From positions 1 through 64,000 of the IMG/VR virus record IMGVR_UViG_3300021399_000152: DNA of 64,000 nucleotides, one strand, 5' to 3'. The notes below the pieces were generated by a model that did no database searches, had not been told where the DNA came from, and saw nothing but the letters and a program-made list of their open reading frames with translations. Shown here in pieces: positions 57,901 through 63,667 of the stretch; the first letter of the stretch is position 1, and each line of letters opens with the position of its first letter. The position numbers and the translations under genes were made by a program. Source of the DNA: a virus.

Positions 57901-60406
57901 GAGTTCTAAATGCTTCAATACGATTCTTGTAAGGTTTCTTATTTAATAGAGCGGCACCGCCTTCTGAAAGCAGGCTGGTTGAGAGGGCACTGTCATCAGC
58001 GAAAATATATTTCGCCGCACCTGTTGGCGTACCAACACTTCTGAATATATCCCAGAATGTTTTTTGAAACACATCGGCTTGGTTCGCATCAATATCAAGT
58101 GTCTGAGCAAGCTGTGCAGGAATCCATGTTAAATGTGTACGCCCAGCTTGATTTGCAGTTCTATTAACATAGATACTATTGTCGGCAATGTTCTGTGCAA
58201 TAATTTTTTGGATCTCATCATAAGAAGCATTTTTGCCGAACCTTAATCCAGCACCCTTTAAGTCTTCCATATTGATGACCATCTGGGTGTCCTTTGTAAT
58301 CTTTTGCAATGTGCCGCCATAGCCAGGAACTACGATTTCACCATTCTTGTTGCCGGTAAAAGCTTCAACAACATTACCCATATTGACAGAGTTCAGAACA
58401 CCTTTGTAGCCAAACATACGAGCCTGAAATGCGTTGCCACCAGTCAACCCGCTACTGATATAACTAGCACCGTTCAATCCTGGAACTTTTGTTTTATCGT
58501 TCGCACCAGTGTATGCTGCCATATCAACGATAACAATTTTGTCTTTGTCAGGCAAAGCATCTTTACCATACAGTTGTCGTATATCTACACCTTCTGTAGC
58601 GATCTTGGAACTGTACTCCATGAACTTGGCAAAGTCTTGGCTGTTATCGAAAACTCTTGGAGTAATGCCACCAGTAAAGAAATTTTTCAAACCTTGTTTA
58701 TTTTCAATGTTATCAACTATGTCAGCGCGAACCATTTCAATGCCAAGGGACTTCGGATTAATTCTGGTTGCTTTGAACTTTGTTTTTTGACCGCCAATTT
58801 TAACTGACGTTCCTTTTGTGTACAGTTCGCCAACTTGACGCATAAGATTATCGCGTACATCCTGCGGAGTAGATTCGTCGATCAAACGCGGATCCAAATC
58901 AATATAAAAGACATAATCAAGAGCAGAATTGTGAGGGAGTACTCGACCACCCTCTGCAGTTCTCATTATTTTGTCCAACCCCATACTGCCATTGACAACC
59001 ATCTTGTGTGCTCGATCAGTCTCACTATAAGGATCTCCGCTCTGCCAACTTCTGTGCTGTGCAATATCGTCTAATGAATAATGAGTAACCTGATAAGCAT
59101 TAGGAGTCGCATCAAAATGAATGTTGCCTAATTGCCTCGTGCTGTTATTAATTCTATTAAGATCCACCTTGGGATTCTTTGCTTGCGCTTTTGTGCGCAT
59201 CTGAGATACAACTTGTGTGTTTAAATCATTGATTTGTGATGAACCATACAGAAGGGGAGTAAGCCAATCAAAATGATCCGACAGGAATCTGGCAGCACTC
59301 ATAGAACCGTTCAGCAATTTATTGTTTTTATTCAAGATGCGTTCAAAGTCGTCAGGATTATTTACATCTTTGATACCATACATCGGCATGCCACGAGCGC
59401 CGTTTTCGATCATCTGATACAAATAACCGGCAGCAGCATTAACTTGCTGTCTTGTCACGTGCCTATTAACACTCAAAGTGCCTTTTGATCTTGATGCAAT
59501 GCCAGCAAGTTCTGCAGCCTGAGCCATATAAGTATTTTCTTGAATTACATCTCCAAGACTCTTTTTCTGTCTTCTGGTAAGAAAGTCATTGTTTGTAAGT
59601 AATGAAGCAAAGTCTGCATTGGACACTTGTGTAAGACCAGTGCGAGCTTTCTTGAAAGCTTTCGGAAGCATATCCTCATAACTCTCAAAAGAGCCAATAT
59701 GACTATGCTTCATACCTTTGAAATGTTGCATGTAGTCATATCGTTGCACAGCATCCAAAACATTCACAATGCTGTAATCGACAAGTGACTCCATAAAATT
59801 ATCTAAGTTTTGACCTTTGGGTATTTTGCGCTGTTTGCCTTTTGCTGTCTTTGTCTGAAAGAAAGCCAAGCTCGACATGCTTTCCAAAATACCTTGATAT
59901 TCTTCGGTTGCCATAACAGCTGAGCGTATATATTTATCAGGAGATAAAGAAGTAATTCGACTTGTGTTATCTCCGAACGTGTTGCCAACTGACCGAATAA
60001 GTCTGTTCAAAGCTGGAAGCTGCTTTTCAATATGATGGATGTCAGACTCACTAAAGTGGAACCCATTCAGTGTTTTAGAAAGAGCTTGCAGCTTAGACAA
60101 ATCGTGTGAAATAGCAGTCATTGTCTTAGCGCCAAATTCATATTCACCAGTACGAAGCTCAGATGTATATGAATTCATTTTAGTATCTGGATCTGTTAAT
60201 TTCTCTTTAGCGGAGTCCATCAAATCAACGGCATCCTGAACTTCTGTGCGTAAATGCCGTGTGTAATTATTAAAAATTGTTGGTCCTCTGCTCGCTGTTC
60301 TCTCTATATTTTCCAAAGACTGATTTAATTTTTCGCCAGCATCAGCTGCCGCAATAAGATCTTGATATCCATCAAGTTGTATTGTCATTGATAATACATC
60401 AGCCAC
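42995..60406 (-). CDS. giant tape measure protein (5,803 aa) with ~2,400-aa N-terminal polyvalent-like extension
   Basis: AGGAG RBS; uninterrupted ORF. TP901-type tape measure core at nt ~52330-52990 (...AIQTGLVSNINQAMDVLTALGDS...GVSYNELTSMLTIATSKTQLGGAQAGTFFQTLFSRM), Gly/Ala-rich hydrophobic segments, periodic aromatic helical repeats, typical C-terminus (...VTVGDININTNQ...). Position MTP-G/GT-TMP-Dit-Tal. Confidence 0.85.
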   Translation of the reverse strand: MADVLSMTIQLDGYQDLIAAADAGEKLNQSLENIERTASRGPTIFNNYTRHLRTEVQDAVDLMDSAKEKLTDPDTKMNSYTSELRTGEYEFGAKTMTAISHDLSKLQALSKTLNGFHFSESDIHHIEKQLPALNRLIRSVGNTFGDNTSRITSLSPDKYIRSAVMATEEYQGILESMSSLAFFQTKTAKGKQRKIPKGQNLDNFMESLVDYSIVNVLDAVQRYDYMQHFKGMKHSHIGSFESYEDMLPKAFKKARTGLTQVSNADFASLLTNNDFLTRRQKKSLGDVIQENTYMAQAAELAGIASRSKGTLSVNRHVTRQQVNAAAGYLYQMIENGARGMPMYGIKDVNNPDDFERILNKNNKLLNGSMSAARFLSDHFDWLTPLLYGSSQINDLNTQVVSQMRTKAQAKNPKVDLNRINNSTRQLGNIHFDATPNAYQVTHYSLDDIAQHRSWQSGDPYSETDRAHKMVVNGSMGLDKIMRTAEGGRVLPHNSALDYVFYIDLDPRLIDESTPQDVRDNLMRQVGELYTKGTSVKIGGQKTKFKATRINPKSLGIEMVRADIVDNIENKQGLKNFFTGGITPRVFDNSQDFAKFMEYSSKIATEGVDIRQLYGKDALPDKDKIVIVDMAAYTGANDKTKVPGLNGASYISSGLTGGNAFQARMFGYKGVLNSVNMGNVVEAFTGNKNGEIVVPGYGGTLQKITKDTQMVINMEDLKGAGLRFGKNASYDEIQKIIAQNIADNSIYVNRTANQAGRTHLTWIPAQLAQTLDIDANQADVFQKTFWDIFRSVGTPTGAAKYIFADDSALSTSLLSEGGAALLNKKPYKNRIEAFRTHMIERMSRGDLPMPEGVQAHRGMLAPWAINVFSDAINEMYKRGQIGADQVPRNMWDGGWVPEAGPITNGKARRFIDKKTGQVIEDLLPKDANGQELSSADIARLRIGENDAVFSKSMATLLGISRFPAQIQSAQKINNRANDKALKSTNFRKLVQQLGMDPNAIYLAQDSPLLGLMQGADFDGDMSDIIDLMSKDGTTMQDMMNKIWDKTVTYHNDLVARAQLAPDERDRILEKQKRSIFGDQKKFDPRNALDVGRWVTASMMQSIRMGGPNAISRNAMQMDITPDIAKELIMAFDQYDTNSTSAKTGYFFETPDTAKNILFGYKSWDQFNNQLMKSRDSKNNIDYGRFLKTNLFKMNLPSIHMSGNILASLLARSTAAQNGVQLDNGVSWSTAFANSTLGNLQRLKDKGYLNEASESALTKETRQFITGMESLLLGELRGDYVIASQHDADALLDMRTKAINAEMRNGHNHQEAEYIIGEFGGTVLSNLLDPNYGLTDEHINDASDSIKRTMRAFKRFGGGYSTSHLDFDSIAKMALSSKRQYERVDPSSALGKLKYLPHDAIQDKLDNTGWSVTSLIHFAEDPVDWVVNQLGQMDTKRDTGTNAHTMFGHAAEDMIQDYFDIREKLVRKQLKDDPNATRALPEAVKRQLLEDIWNGKEIVDPEDSSKNIKFESFSDRLRALGKDANWDDERIEAMIDEITSKPNGGHIAESRLQKKYRRFKAFMSSQNQKGILSILPELANEYIGSEDDLTISKLGEQLGDSSKSIDMHGHQDLLFRMLDKDNKLNIIDIKTYGGLEDFTMDKKRAVAFQLQMYANADEFRQGGPDKFKNNGIGALNVLLADAAAGQNMYAIDSSQESIAHAVRAASRVIQTIQNFSTSGLGLDAIQRASLLANKLMFSGGIDDEFAKELQLSERAIKQMRGTGISDAGALGGVLTSHEDYKEAMERTQKLSKSIQRKLIPEDEKTIGNIWDSYHATIRGNEDTIATLEARGNFAEAARLQRETNDIKDLYYRTVPEAAIRSYSDLADQIERTNKGMIASKEAKGLTEQWNDLAKAVQNANNDYNELSKLIDESKGTGKKIKDERSAFIKQQKDIAKAKASGTMTDEQKKNEVSEEEYNAKISDFNSQLQETAARVKGYKQNQRLAQKLGLKAEEARQKFQETLSNQADEIIEDEYDTLSREISGEVGPDKKVPSIKQQLDNYKLMVGRHLGNIEEFRKSGLYSDDKALALSMQAQALLTDDNMEKLRQRYIGDALTSQRASVNDIIGASDTRADIQAAVAKKQFDIDQSKATIAKIFEGENLNLDQQHLYDALLRDLDSFDLQEYRSQLIDKAIDAYQTQTSGSKIKSSFDIKRSQKQAVEKMLQDDILENSANLRTGLIEGYLGQANGEAFLKQNYADEYAQYLKVKRLKQQLARSQSIDLDANEKLELEAFHNKQMEQVANITAALTGVGTSSMKMSELRSASLATQLKSLFQDDAFKGSDGKQHIPSALQKYIDANGKVQSGEILQDIIKDEQERQKLQLLETKSNGDIGHKINMAQLDAAKRQYNMARLQYGPTFVGRSWQYNDQQYLSWMHQRNSAQTAIDRTNAHINQLNYQRKHTDPTDTDKLALIDENIRIANNALADYDASLTQADAAMKEFSSTGGLLRTTLMNVSNAAENLLLQLGKRALQTAFKEASTFVRQFNADMLTIQAISGKSTGEMGEVRASSIKQAKELKTSVSNVTSTKAALYRQGLSDKEVEERTNAIVKFSTVTGAKITDATKGLTTAIQTGLVSNINQAMDVLTALGDSAATTAEEIEKGMQKAAASAKTAGVSYNELTSMLTIATSKTQLGGAQAGTFFQTLFSRMNRVTKEGFITDETGETTSINDVETALKTAGIRLRSSKDVFRSSFDVLRELASVWEGLSDLQKGNITYAMAGGRQANMFNTLMAGMGEDGGKLLDEYLGLADNSDNTVQSKYEVVIQGIQAAMDNLKSTFDGFVESLGSDNMITGLLNGVTGLVQGFTNLSEAGSAAIPVITALIAALGALSIKIAVFGFLKDIATMPDALAITKWAAASAGLISTVAAIGAIAGVAGTAGGIGNALFGKPEQKETDGELSRTNTNALKEKQDRRRKAVQDAINDIDNITTKYEDTFDNIPTEATDALGTAVQTLSVYFSGLTDNVNQASGSLEYYTEVAKRAKEASEQQNKTDASTLLAEAMGGITESLNTYKDTEQTFLAEHTGTKLTSDGYVYARLNNFVGKTPQLYDNLEALYRSDKDILTEQDFKDIGISLTDSEKELLANGSYGELSKVLQGRLFSSTSTLGGLTELLFANASGMSNAIDTNFWNENGEQVGNINDITDALDKYIKQTPGLKVGGKEITSYKEFASILKEYALYPIDRDEADLNDIYSIVNGFRTAMIQPRSVLNNVLEESKQTIESLRADQIETLFTDNLRPVFETMSITSDEMIKGFAQDYIGQYYDKELKQMSDEGLSSANIKKYMESFINGDRTIYDIFKPNDKNAFRYSYNGLIGFDELTEEAITQAIDSFYKSADSEEVKQQLNALRAMNFNDIANAAITNSTGLRARQSLGDLVDANKLTSKEKGYVDEYRQLFALWASNAEDINKFSEATRGVDNIEKLQQADNDLTEIMADLLKGTGVYDQDDLGRHLLSKSLGANSFTSYMEDITKYATALAEQYQVMSVDKESARSDKKLREIIAKYVPGATPQMLEDNFDAIYTQFMQNYYANSGSFLSGIDQNYSKTLSSYAKLPSNKGKALSDIVNNNPMLQSMWNLFSMYGIGFDMDENGNVLARYTNGGITMNKENPFASFDTYYTNAQINDMARQILNAADPYAKTQAFAQTNEGLLARVKATYPNLQQFVDSQGTDELIRKQLLDEIAQKEITAQRDLGLISSDFASNYTTLQTSTSGTERQTSIDKIVNSITGRADYYSALSRIANDNGALSQDYQTVAAMLGREVEDVQAGSYKYKQMLLNDKSDMDTAVREANMLRSYVSDEQRADIDSRLLESGLIWNDKTGSYIYQAADRSMYDYEKKLDANVVKYNAVNDYKNAYDLLNSFYDQESQTYKIPDNFHAQLQERTSSDFLNELSKNAQYFDFINNGDWQSVADIFSQGAYGYNAFNPLNTDYNNATVKSYYDALLKSDQSVLKNLDNNNPLKNVLGQWIGQSLLEELLPKVSQGQKLTQQDINRVRSAYSQNKLMQSYAANPYGYDYSILSGAQNLYGTEQEQLQYLNQVHQTSEQYRTSRAALAFQQRLPEYARSLSAIQEVARTGGMTEDAIAGLTTSDESIAKASITLESTISTFTSSVALAGDAADGFSTSLSNATKDLTAESKQWTLEELYDWVNTGSGKGAQRYRQQQYADLAGAANRAQNGQAFIEQLRNLDWVKNADQFKEFAGNKDVASVLYRLFQFNTDTGNFERDENGSLVLAADVDYAQIQKELDQLSLKANVEIQIDHYDDLVNLGIISKEVAENFKQLENIKLGTGGADASSAVSTTLNTFVQQSEAINAFTRLMNGGTSEADRDLVSSFFKIDTKGKTADELKTYQSFIDKEWGALNSGLAEFQNAYPEYAPFVKDMFSTRDGFFATTNGQYYFMPSTARTNQASEAFKGYVSPYQYEDQALAAYRYLTSKPNMDAASINQALSASSSDMMREFMSTMLTNPEYQNAVQNGWRQTMGKLFLESAGINYFNSLSQDYNNPDVMKYYNALLNPSMIGRTAILRGYAREDQEVKAALASQYSNINGLSIEQLIQRGTALSSEEARQLRQQRASNLLTNMYNANADYFDQETMSRATELYGTQDQRNKYVSDVESRIKTYNEYLDALALMTKPGESLDAKKMKDIAGAIGWTTDQIDSMQITSATVSQLTSDINSKQSALDHALTAIGTVIGDFIDLIAGLQSKIDQNNVFSFADIAGWVDEASHLGDTREKQKRIDDVYAMLRSSSSAEEFQTAFESSDLAWMKDKGAVKDFFSDPAIAAIFYDLFEHEGRELATNEDGSLKFASGADYDVIEARARAASSYAALGYDGMYSARMGQLDTWAQNNGALSFLGGADAGVFDVAAFNNYLAGDTTGLQQWIQSLDGGAEALKLLNTEGADSQTVFNALFNTLRNGGINSMKQFGDYSDEVKNNLEGLDKNAASALKTTSSMIKQMNKYGDMAIAANKMRGKNGKGVAGKGLKSADLKVIAGATELDEQDLKKMSAEEMAKLADSMEAAANEGYLNSVGETIKQRLIQGLESAANNGVDITQLINFKVLADGQIDASEVAAVAKSLQDAGLAELANYAGLVGTLALKIHENGEEITVETVLNALKGATVTGALNNTGAYHGGGGGGGGGGNKEKSATDKLLQNVKNRITIADHRIKMTQLQEQKYNQLGMLSNENNMIEYENTLQKDKASRLSKNIVDLRNQLKTVDRGSDDWQKLYEQILKYEEELDQTNNTITANTLKIQQNNSAIRKARTDLEDLVVQEIEARIQKQREMLSASVEMQDTILEAIRQRHQEEWDLIKKDLEKKREALEEEKSLIDKRLQMRKDAEDEAKKYEELAEYRRQLALISMDSTRTKDAAELRKKIAETEDELAWKTAEQEANAQKESLDDQIKGVEKYEQYGDEDLELLLEDANNFSTDVAKVMQMNQEDMFKWLKNNVKEYSHSLEDAQTQMVQSWEDTYKQMLGITDTYWDQVNQILSRKDIFKAFMMESDQYKNASETEKEELLYQWLDAVNSGSYLYYLRTREDWATYHHDDEEFADYVGGESGGGGGSGGSGGGPGSPNSPSTTTNNSTSTWGVYSDTGRLVKTFNSQARAQQYLNLIAYNEGYTVKRVVPTAQQAKPTKTSTNANNNRLNAVPFSEGGEVKYTGLAMVHGTPAKPEAFLDNEDRNTMRGILDSGFMQDMRTMVASFKQINTSSFVRHIYDDSSLASGARVTVGDININTNQINNEADFEELAVRIGREFVKDLSMQGLSTSKFSF

Positions 60407-60429
60407 ATCAATTCACTCCTTTCACAAAC

Positions 60430-60705
60430 TCAGCAGATCTGATTCCGAACGTTGTACACTTTCTTGTATGCACAACCTTTGGTCTGCTCAACAGGGTCGC
60501 GCCGATGAGCACGCGAAGCATGCGTTTTCACAAACTTCTTGCGCACATGCCAAGCGCTTGTTGCGACGGCCCTCTGTTTATCTTTATCGAACCATATGTT
60601 GCGCCAGAACGGAATGTATTCACACATTTCCTTGCGGCGTTTATTCTTCAACCTAGTCATCCTACGTTTATAAGCGCGGTCATGTTTCATGCGCAACACC
60701 TCCAA
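60430..60705 (-). CDS. small highly basic protein (91 aa)
   Basis: ORF between tRNA and tape measure gene; Lys/Arg-rich. Confidence 0.4.
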   Translation of the reverse strand: MEVLRMKHDRAYKRRMTRLKNKRRKEMCEYIPFWRNIWFDKDKQRAVATSAWHVRKKFVKTHASRAHRRDPVEQTKGCAYKKVYNVRNQIC

Positions 60706-60716
60706 AAATAATTAAA

Positions 60717-60791
60717 TGCCCAAGACGAGACTTGAACTCGTAGTTGTACGGATTTTAAGTCCGCTGTGTCTGCCTATTCCACCACTCGGGC
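60717..60791 (-). tRNA. tRNA with anticodon UAA (Leu) but class-I-sized variable region
   Basis: On - strand: GCCCGAG-TG-GTGG-AATAGGCA-GACAC-A-GCGGA-CTTAAAA-TCCGT-acaact-ACGAG-TTCAAGT-CTCGT-CTTGGGC-A; D-arm nearly identical to the tRNA-like family. Confidence 0.65.
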
Positions 60792-60830
60792 AAGCTTGCT
60801 AAGGACACGAATGCCCCTAGCAAATTGCGA

Positions 60831-61166
60831 TCACTTCTTAGCGAAGTCCCAGCCTTCATTCTTCTTGCCGTTGAGATATTCGAGCGCACCATGCATGAGG
60901 TCCGTTTCGAATTCATCAAGAGTGGGGTCGACCGTTTCGGTCATCAGCTTATACAGCCACTGGAGAATAGGGTTCACCTGATTATCGATAGCATTCTTCT
61001 TATCGACAGTAAGCTTCAGCACTTCGAGCAGCTCGGCATAGTCACCATCATAACCATACAGGATGGGGGAGTCGCGCCACATCGGCGTGACGTACCACAC
61101 ACCGCTCGGAGCCTGCTCGATACAAGTGTCAATTAGCCCATTCAATACTTCTGCTTTCCTCGTCAT
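60831..61166 (-). CDS. hypothetical tail-module protein
   Basis: ORF between chaperone and tape measure genes. Confidence 0.45.
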   Translation of the reverse strand: MTRKAEVLNGLIDTCIEQAPSGVWYVTPMWRDSPILYGYDGDYAELLEVLKLTVDKKNAIDNQVNPILQWLYKLMTETVDPTLDEFETDLMHGALEYLNGKKNEGWDFAKK

Positions 61167-61374
61167 TGCGCTTCGCCCCCTTCTTTGTTACAACACCCTG
61201 AATCTTGGTCGGCGCGGGCTGCTGCGGAGTGAAGGGATTCGGACCATCCTGCTCGAGGAGTTCGAGAGCAGCAGAGATTGCGCATCTGTATGCGTAGTTC
61301 GCGCCAGCGCCACCCTGTTTATATTTACGGTAGTTGGTCTGCATTCTTGAATACAGAATATAGGGATCAGTCAT
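61129..61374 (-). CDS. hypothetical small protein
   Basis: ORF. Confidence 0.4.
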   Translation of the reverse strand: MTDPYILYSRMQTNYRKYKQGGAGANYAYRCAISAALELLEQDGPNPFTPQQPAPTKIQGVVTKKGAKRNDEESRSIEWAN

Positions 61375-61388
61375 AGTACATCGCTCCT

Positions 61389-61724
61389 TTACATAGCCCA
61401 GTCAATATCTTTCATCTTACTTGCTGGGGTGAAATTCTTGGAATCGGCGAGCAAGTTCGCAAGCCCAGCACCATATGCAACTTCTTTGTGCAGAGGGTTC
61501 GCTTGTTCGATTGCTTTGCCCGCATCTTTTGCGAAAGCGTTGCCATAAAGATTGACAACAGCTGTGTAATTCAAGCTCTTGCCAAGAGCCTTGAGCACTT
61601 CCTTGAAGAAAGGTATGCTCATGTTATTAATTTCATCTTCGCTGGTTTGGTGTAAATGCACGGCGACAACGGCAACAGCCTCTTCAAGGCTTAATCCGTC
61701 GTCGTTGCCGCCAACCGGTTTTTT
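61389..61724 (-). CDS. T-extension of tail assembly chaperone (GT product, reached by -1 frameshift)
   Basis: -1 frame open from slippery site through 61389; reads KKPVGGNDDGLSLEEAVAVVAVHLHQTSEDE... Confidence 0.55.
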   Translation of the reverse strand, partial: KKPVGGNDDGLSLEEAVAVVAVHLHQTSEDEINNMSIPFFKEVLKALGKSLNYTAVVNLYGNAFAKDAGKAIEQANPLHKEVAYGAGLANLLADSKNFTPASKMKDIDWAM

Positions 61725-62167
61725 ACTTGCTCCTCCATCTCATCGATCTTGTTGAGGCGGAGGAAGATATCCAGCAGCCGATAAATATCTTCCGAAGTCA
61801 TATTGTCAAAGTGCTTCTTGGTGAAAGCCGGATCATCAACAACGGCTGACACCCAGTCCATCAGGCACTTTGTGGGAGTCCGCTTCGCATCGAAGTAATC
61901 GTCTGGAAGCTGGAAAATATAAATGAGAGGCATCGACTTCAGGACCTTATAAAAACCAGCGACACCACTCCTCTGATACTGGAGCTTGGTCGCCTTGATC
62001 TCTATGCGCTCGCCATCAATCGTAATACTGTTATCAACATTGTATTCAGGCGGAAGGTCTTTCTTCTCAATGTCTTCTGCTGGCAATGCTTCGACAGCCT
62101 CGACCTCTTCCGTTGGCAGCTCTGGCGCCTCGGGGAGAGTTGCTGTCGGTAGTTTTGTCCTCGGCAT
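61691..62167 (-). CDS. tail assembly chaperone (gpG-like), acidic
   Basis: Acidic 158-aa protein immediately upstream of tape measure region with canonical slippery site near 3' end. Confidence 0.6.
   Translation of the reverse strand: MPRTKLPTATLPEAPELPTEEVEAVEALPAEDIEKKDLPPEYNVDNSITIDGERIEIKATKLQYQRSGVAGFYKVLKSMPLIYIFQLPDDYFDAKRTPTKCLMDWVSAVVDDPAFTKKHFDNMTSEDIYRLLDIFLRLNKIDEMEEQVKNRLAATTTD
61718..61724 (-). promoter_or_regulatory. programmed -1 ribosomal frameshift heptamer A_AAA_AAC
   Basis: In G frame: GTA AAA AAC, 33 nt before the G stop; -1 frame continues open. Confidence 0.55.
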
Positions 62168-62316
62168 AGGATCACTCTCTCTTCGTAAAAATAAAGGGCT
62201 GCCGCTTTAACGCAGCAGCCCTCGTTGAGCTTAACCGTATACATCGGTATCGTAGAAACTATTGTTGTAAACACCTCCGCTAGACGGAGAAGGGGGAGTT
62301 GGCGGAGGTGTTGGCC

Positions 62317-63111
62317 TTAGTTTTTTACGTTATCAATGATACCCATCTGCCACACAACTTCGTCGTTGCGCTCAGGATCCATGGTGGACAGAGTCAGCGG
62401 GAAGGTAGCAGGAGACTTATAGCTGGTGTCGAAACCGGGCAGTGTGGTAACACGGGTCTTGAAGATACGGACCACAACATACTTGATGATACCGTTTTCG
62501 GTGCAGTCCTTGTTATCGCCATAGACAGGCCATTTGAGAACGGTTTCGCCGCAAGCAACCTTGTTGTTCGTGATGTCAACCATCTGGGCTTCATCAACGG
62601 TCTTGTAGCTGATTTCCAGATCTTCGACCACATCGTCAGCGAAAGTGATCTCCTTGGTTTCAGCGTTCACAACATAGGTACCCTTGGCTTCATCGGAACC
62701 AGCAGTGGGAGTATCACCGGTTGCTTCTTCCAGACCATTGATATAAATGCTGCCAGCAACGGGAACGTTGTCGAGGACAACCTTATGGGAAGTAGCATCC
62801 GGCTTGTGATGTTCCATGATGTAATGTTCGAAGTTTGCTTCTTTCTTGAAGTCTTCGGCATTAGCCATAGCAAAGATCTCAGCATCGAACTGACCAAGAG
62901 TCAGCTGAACATCCATCGTAGCCTGTCCGGGCAGATAAGCCGCAGCATAGCTGGACCAACCAGCACGAACTTCCTGGAAGTCGATCTGAGGAGTCAGGGA
63001 GCACTGAGTCACGTGCTTGTTGACAAAGACACGGTTATCAGCACGTTTGAAGAAAAACTGAGGCACATCAGCGATGTAGCCTCTGAGAGAAGGTACATAC
63101 GTACTTGCCAT
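62317..63111 (-). CDS. major tail protein
   Basis: 264 aa from MASTYVP...; position upstream of G/GT; beta-rich. Confidence 0.6.
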   Translation of the reverse strand: MASTYVPSLRGYIADVPQFFFKRADNRVFVNKHVTQCSLTPQIDFQEVRAGWSSYAAAYLPGQATMDVQLTLGQFDAEIFAMANAEDFKKEANFEHYIMEHHKPDATSHKVVLDNVPVAGSIYINGLEEATGDTPTAGSDEAKGTYVVNAETKEITFADDVVEDLEISYKTVDEAQMVDITNNKVACGETVLKWPVYGDNKDCTENGIIKYVVVRIFKTRVTTLPGFDTSYKSPATFPLTLSTMDPERNDEVVWQMGIIDNVKN

Positions 63112-63178
63112 AACGCAACACATCTTTTCATTTTATTTATATCTCTGCACGTCCTCCTACAAACGCACATTAATATAC

Positions 63179-63667
63179 TTAGTAATAACGCTGATATGTC
63201 AGACTGTAGTTATATCTGTCATAGCCCACGGTACGAGTGCCCATCGTTGTTTCTCTCGGATCATAGAAGCGGAACACACCAACGAAACCATTGCTGTGCT
63301 CACGCGGCTCAAGGTACAAAAGTTGGTTCAGCCTTCGAGCAATCCGCTGTGTTCGAGCAACAAGAGCATCGACCTCATCCACATCGTACAGTCGCTCCTT
63401 GCGCACATAGATGTCGAAGCTAAGCGTCATCTCATGAGCGTTCGGAATGTTAGTGGGGTTGCCAGAAAAGAACCCGTATACAACACGAGTATCCTCGTTG
63501 GTAAGAAGTTCTGATGTGGTCGAACCAGCAGGAATAAAGTAGTTTTCGATAAAGTCAAGGATGGTCGTGCCCTCGGGAACACACATGTACTCCTTCAGCT
63601 TTTCATCCGGGAAAATAACATCTCGTACAATGTCGAGCCAGTCGTCATCCCATTGTTCATACAGCAT
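63179..63667 (-). CDS. tail completion / neck protein
   Basis: ORF upstream of major tail protein; start trimmed to internal ATG to avoid 80-nt overlap. Confidence 0.45.
   Translation of the reverse strand: MLYEQWDDDWLDIVRDVIFPDEKLKEYMCVPEGTTILDFIENYFIPAGSTTSELLTNEDTRVVYGFFSGNPTNIPNAHEMTLSFDIYVRKERLYDVDEVDALVARTQRIARRLNQLLYLEPREHSNGFVGVFRFYDPRETTMGTRTVGYDRYNYSLTYQRYY

Noticed and set aside
42995-60406. Giant ORF as an assembly artefact or several fused genes
   Set aside because: No in-frame stops over 17.4 kb on a strand where flanking frames are riddled with stops. Tape measure core, hydrophobic segments and tape measure C-terminus are in the expected order. An RBS is present only at 60406. 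A chimeric join cannot be excluded without reads, so this is kept as a finding with that caveat.
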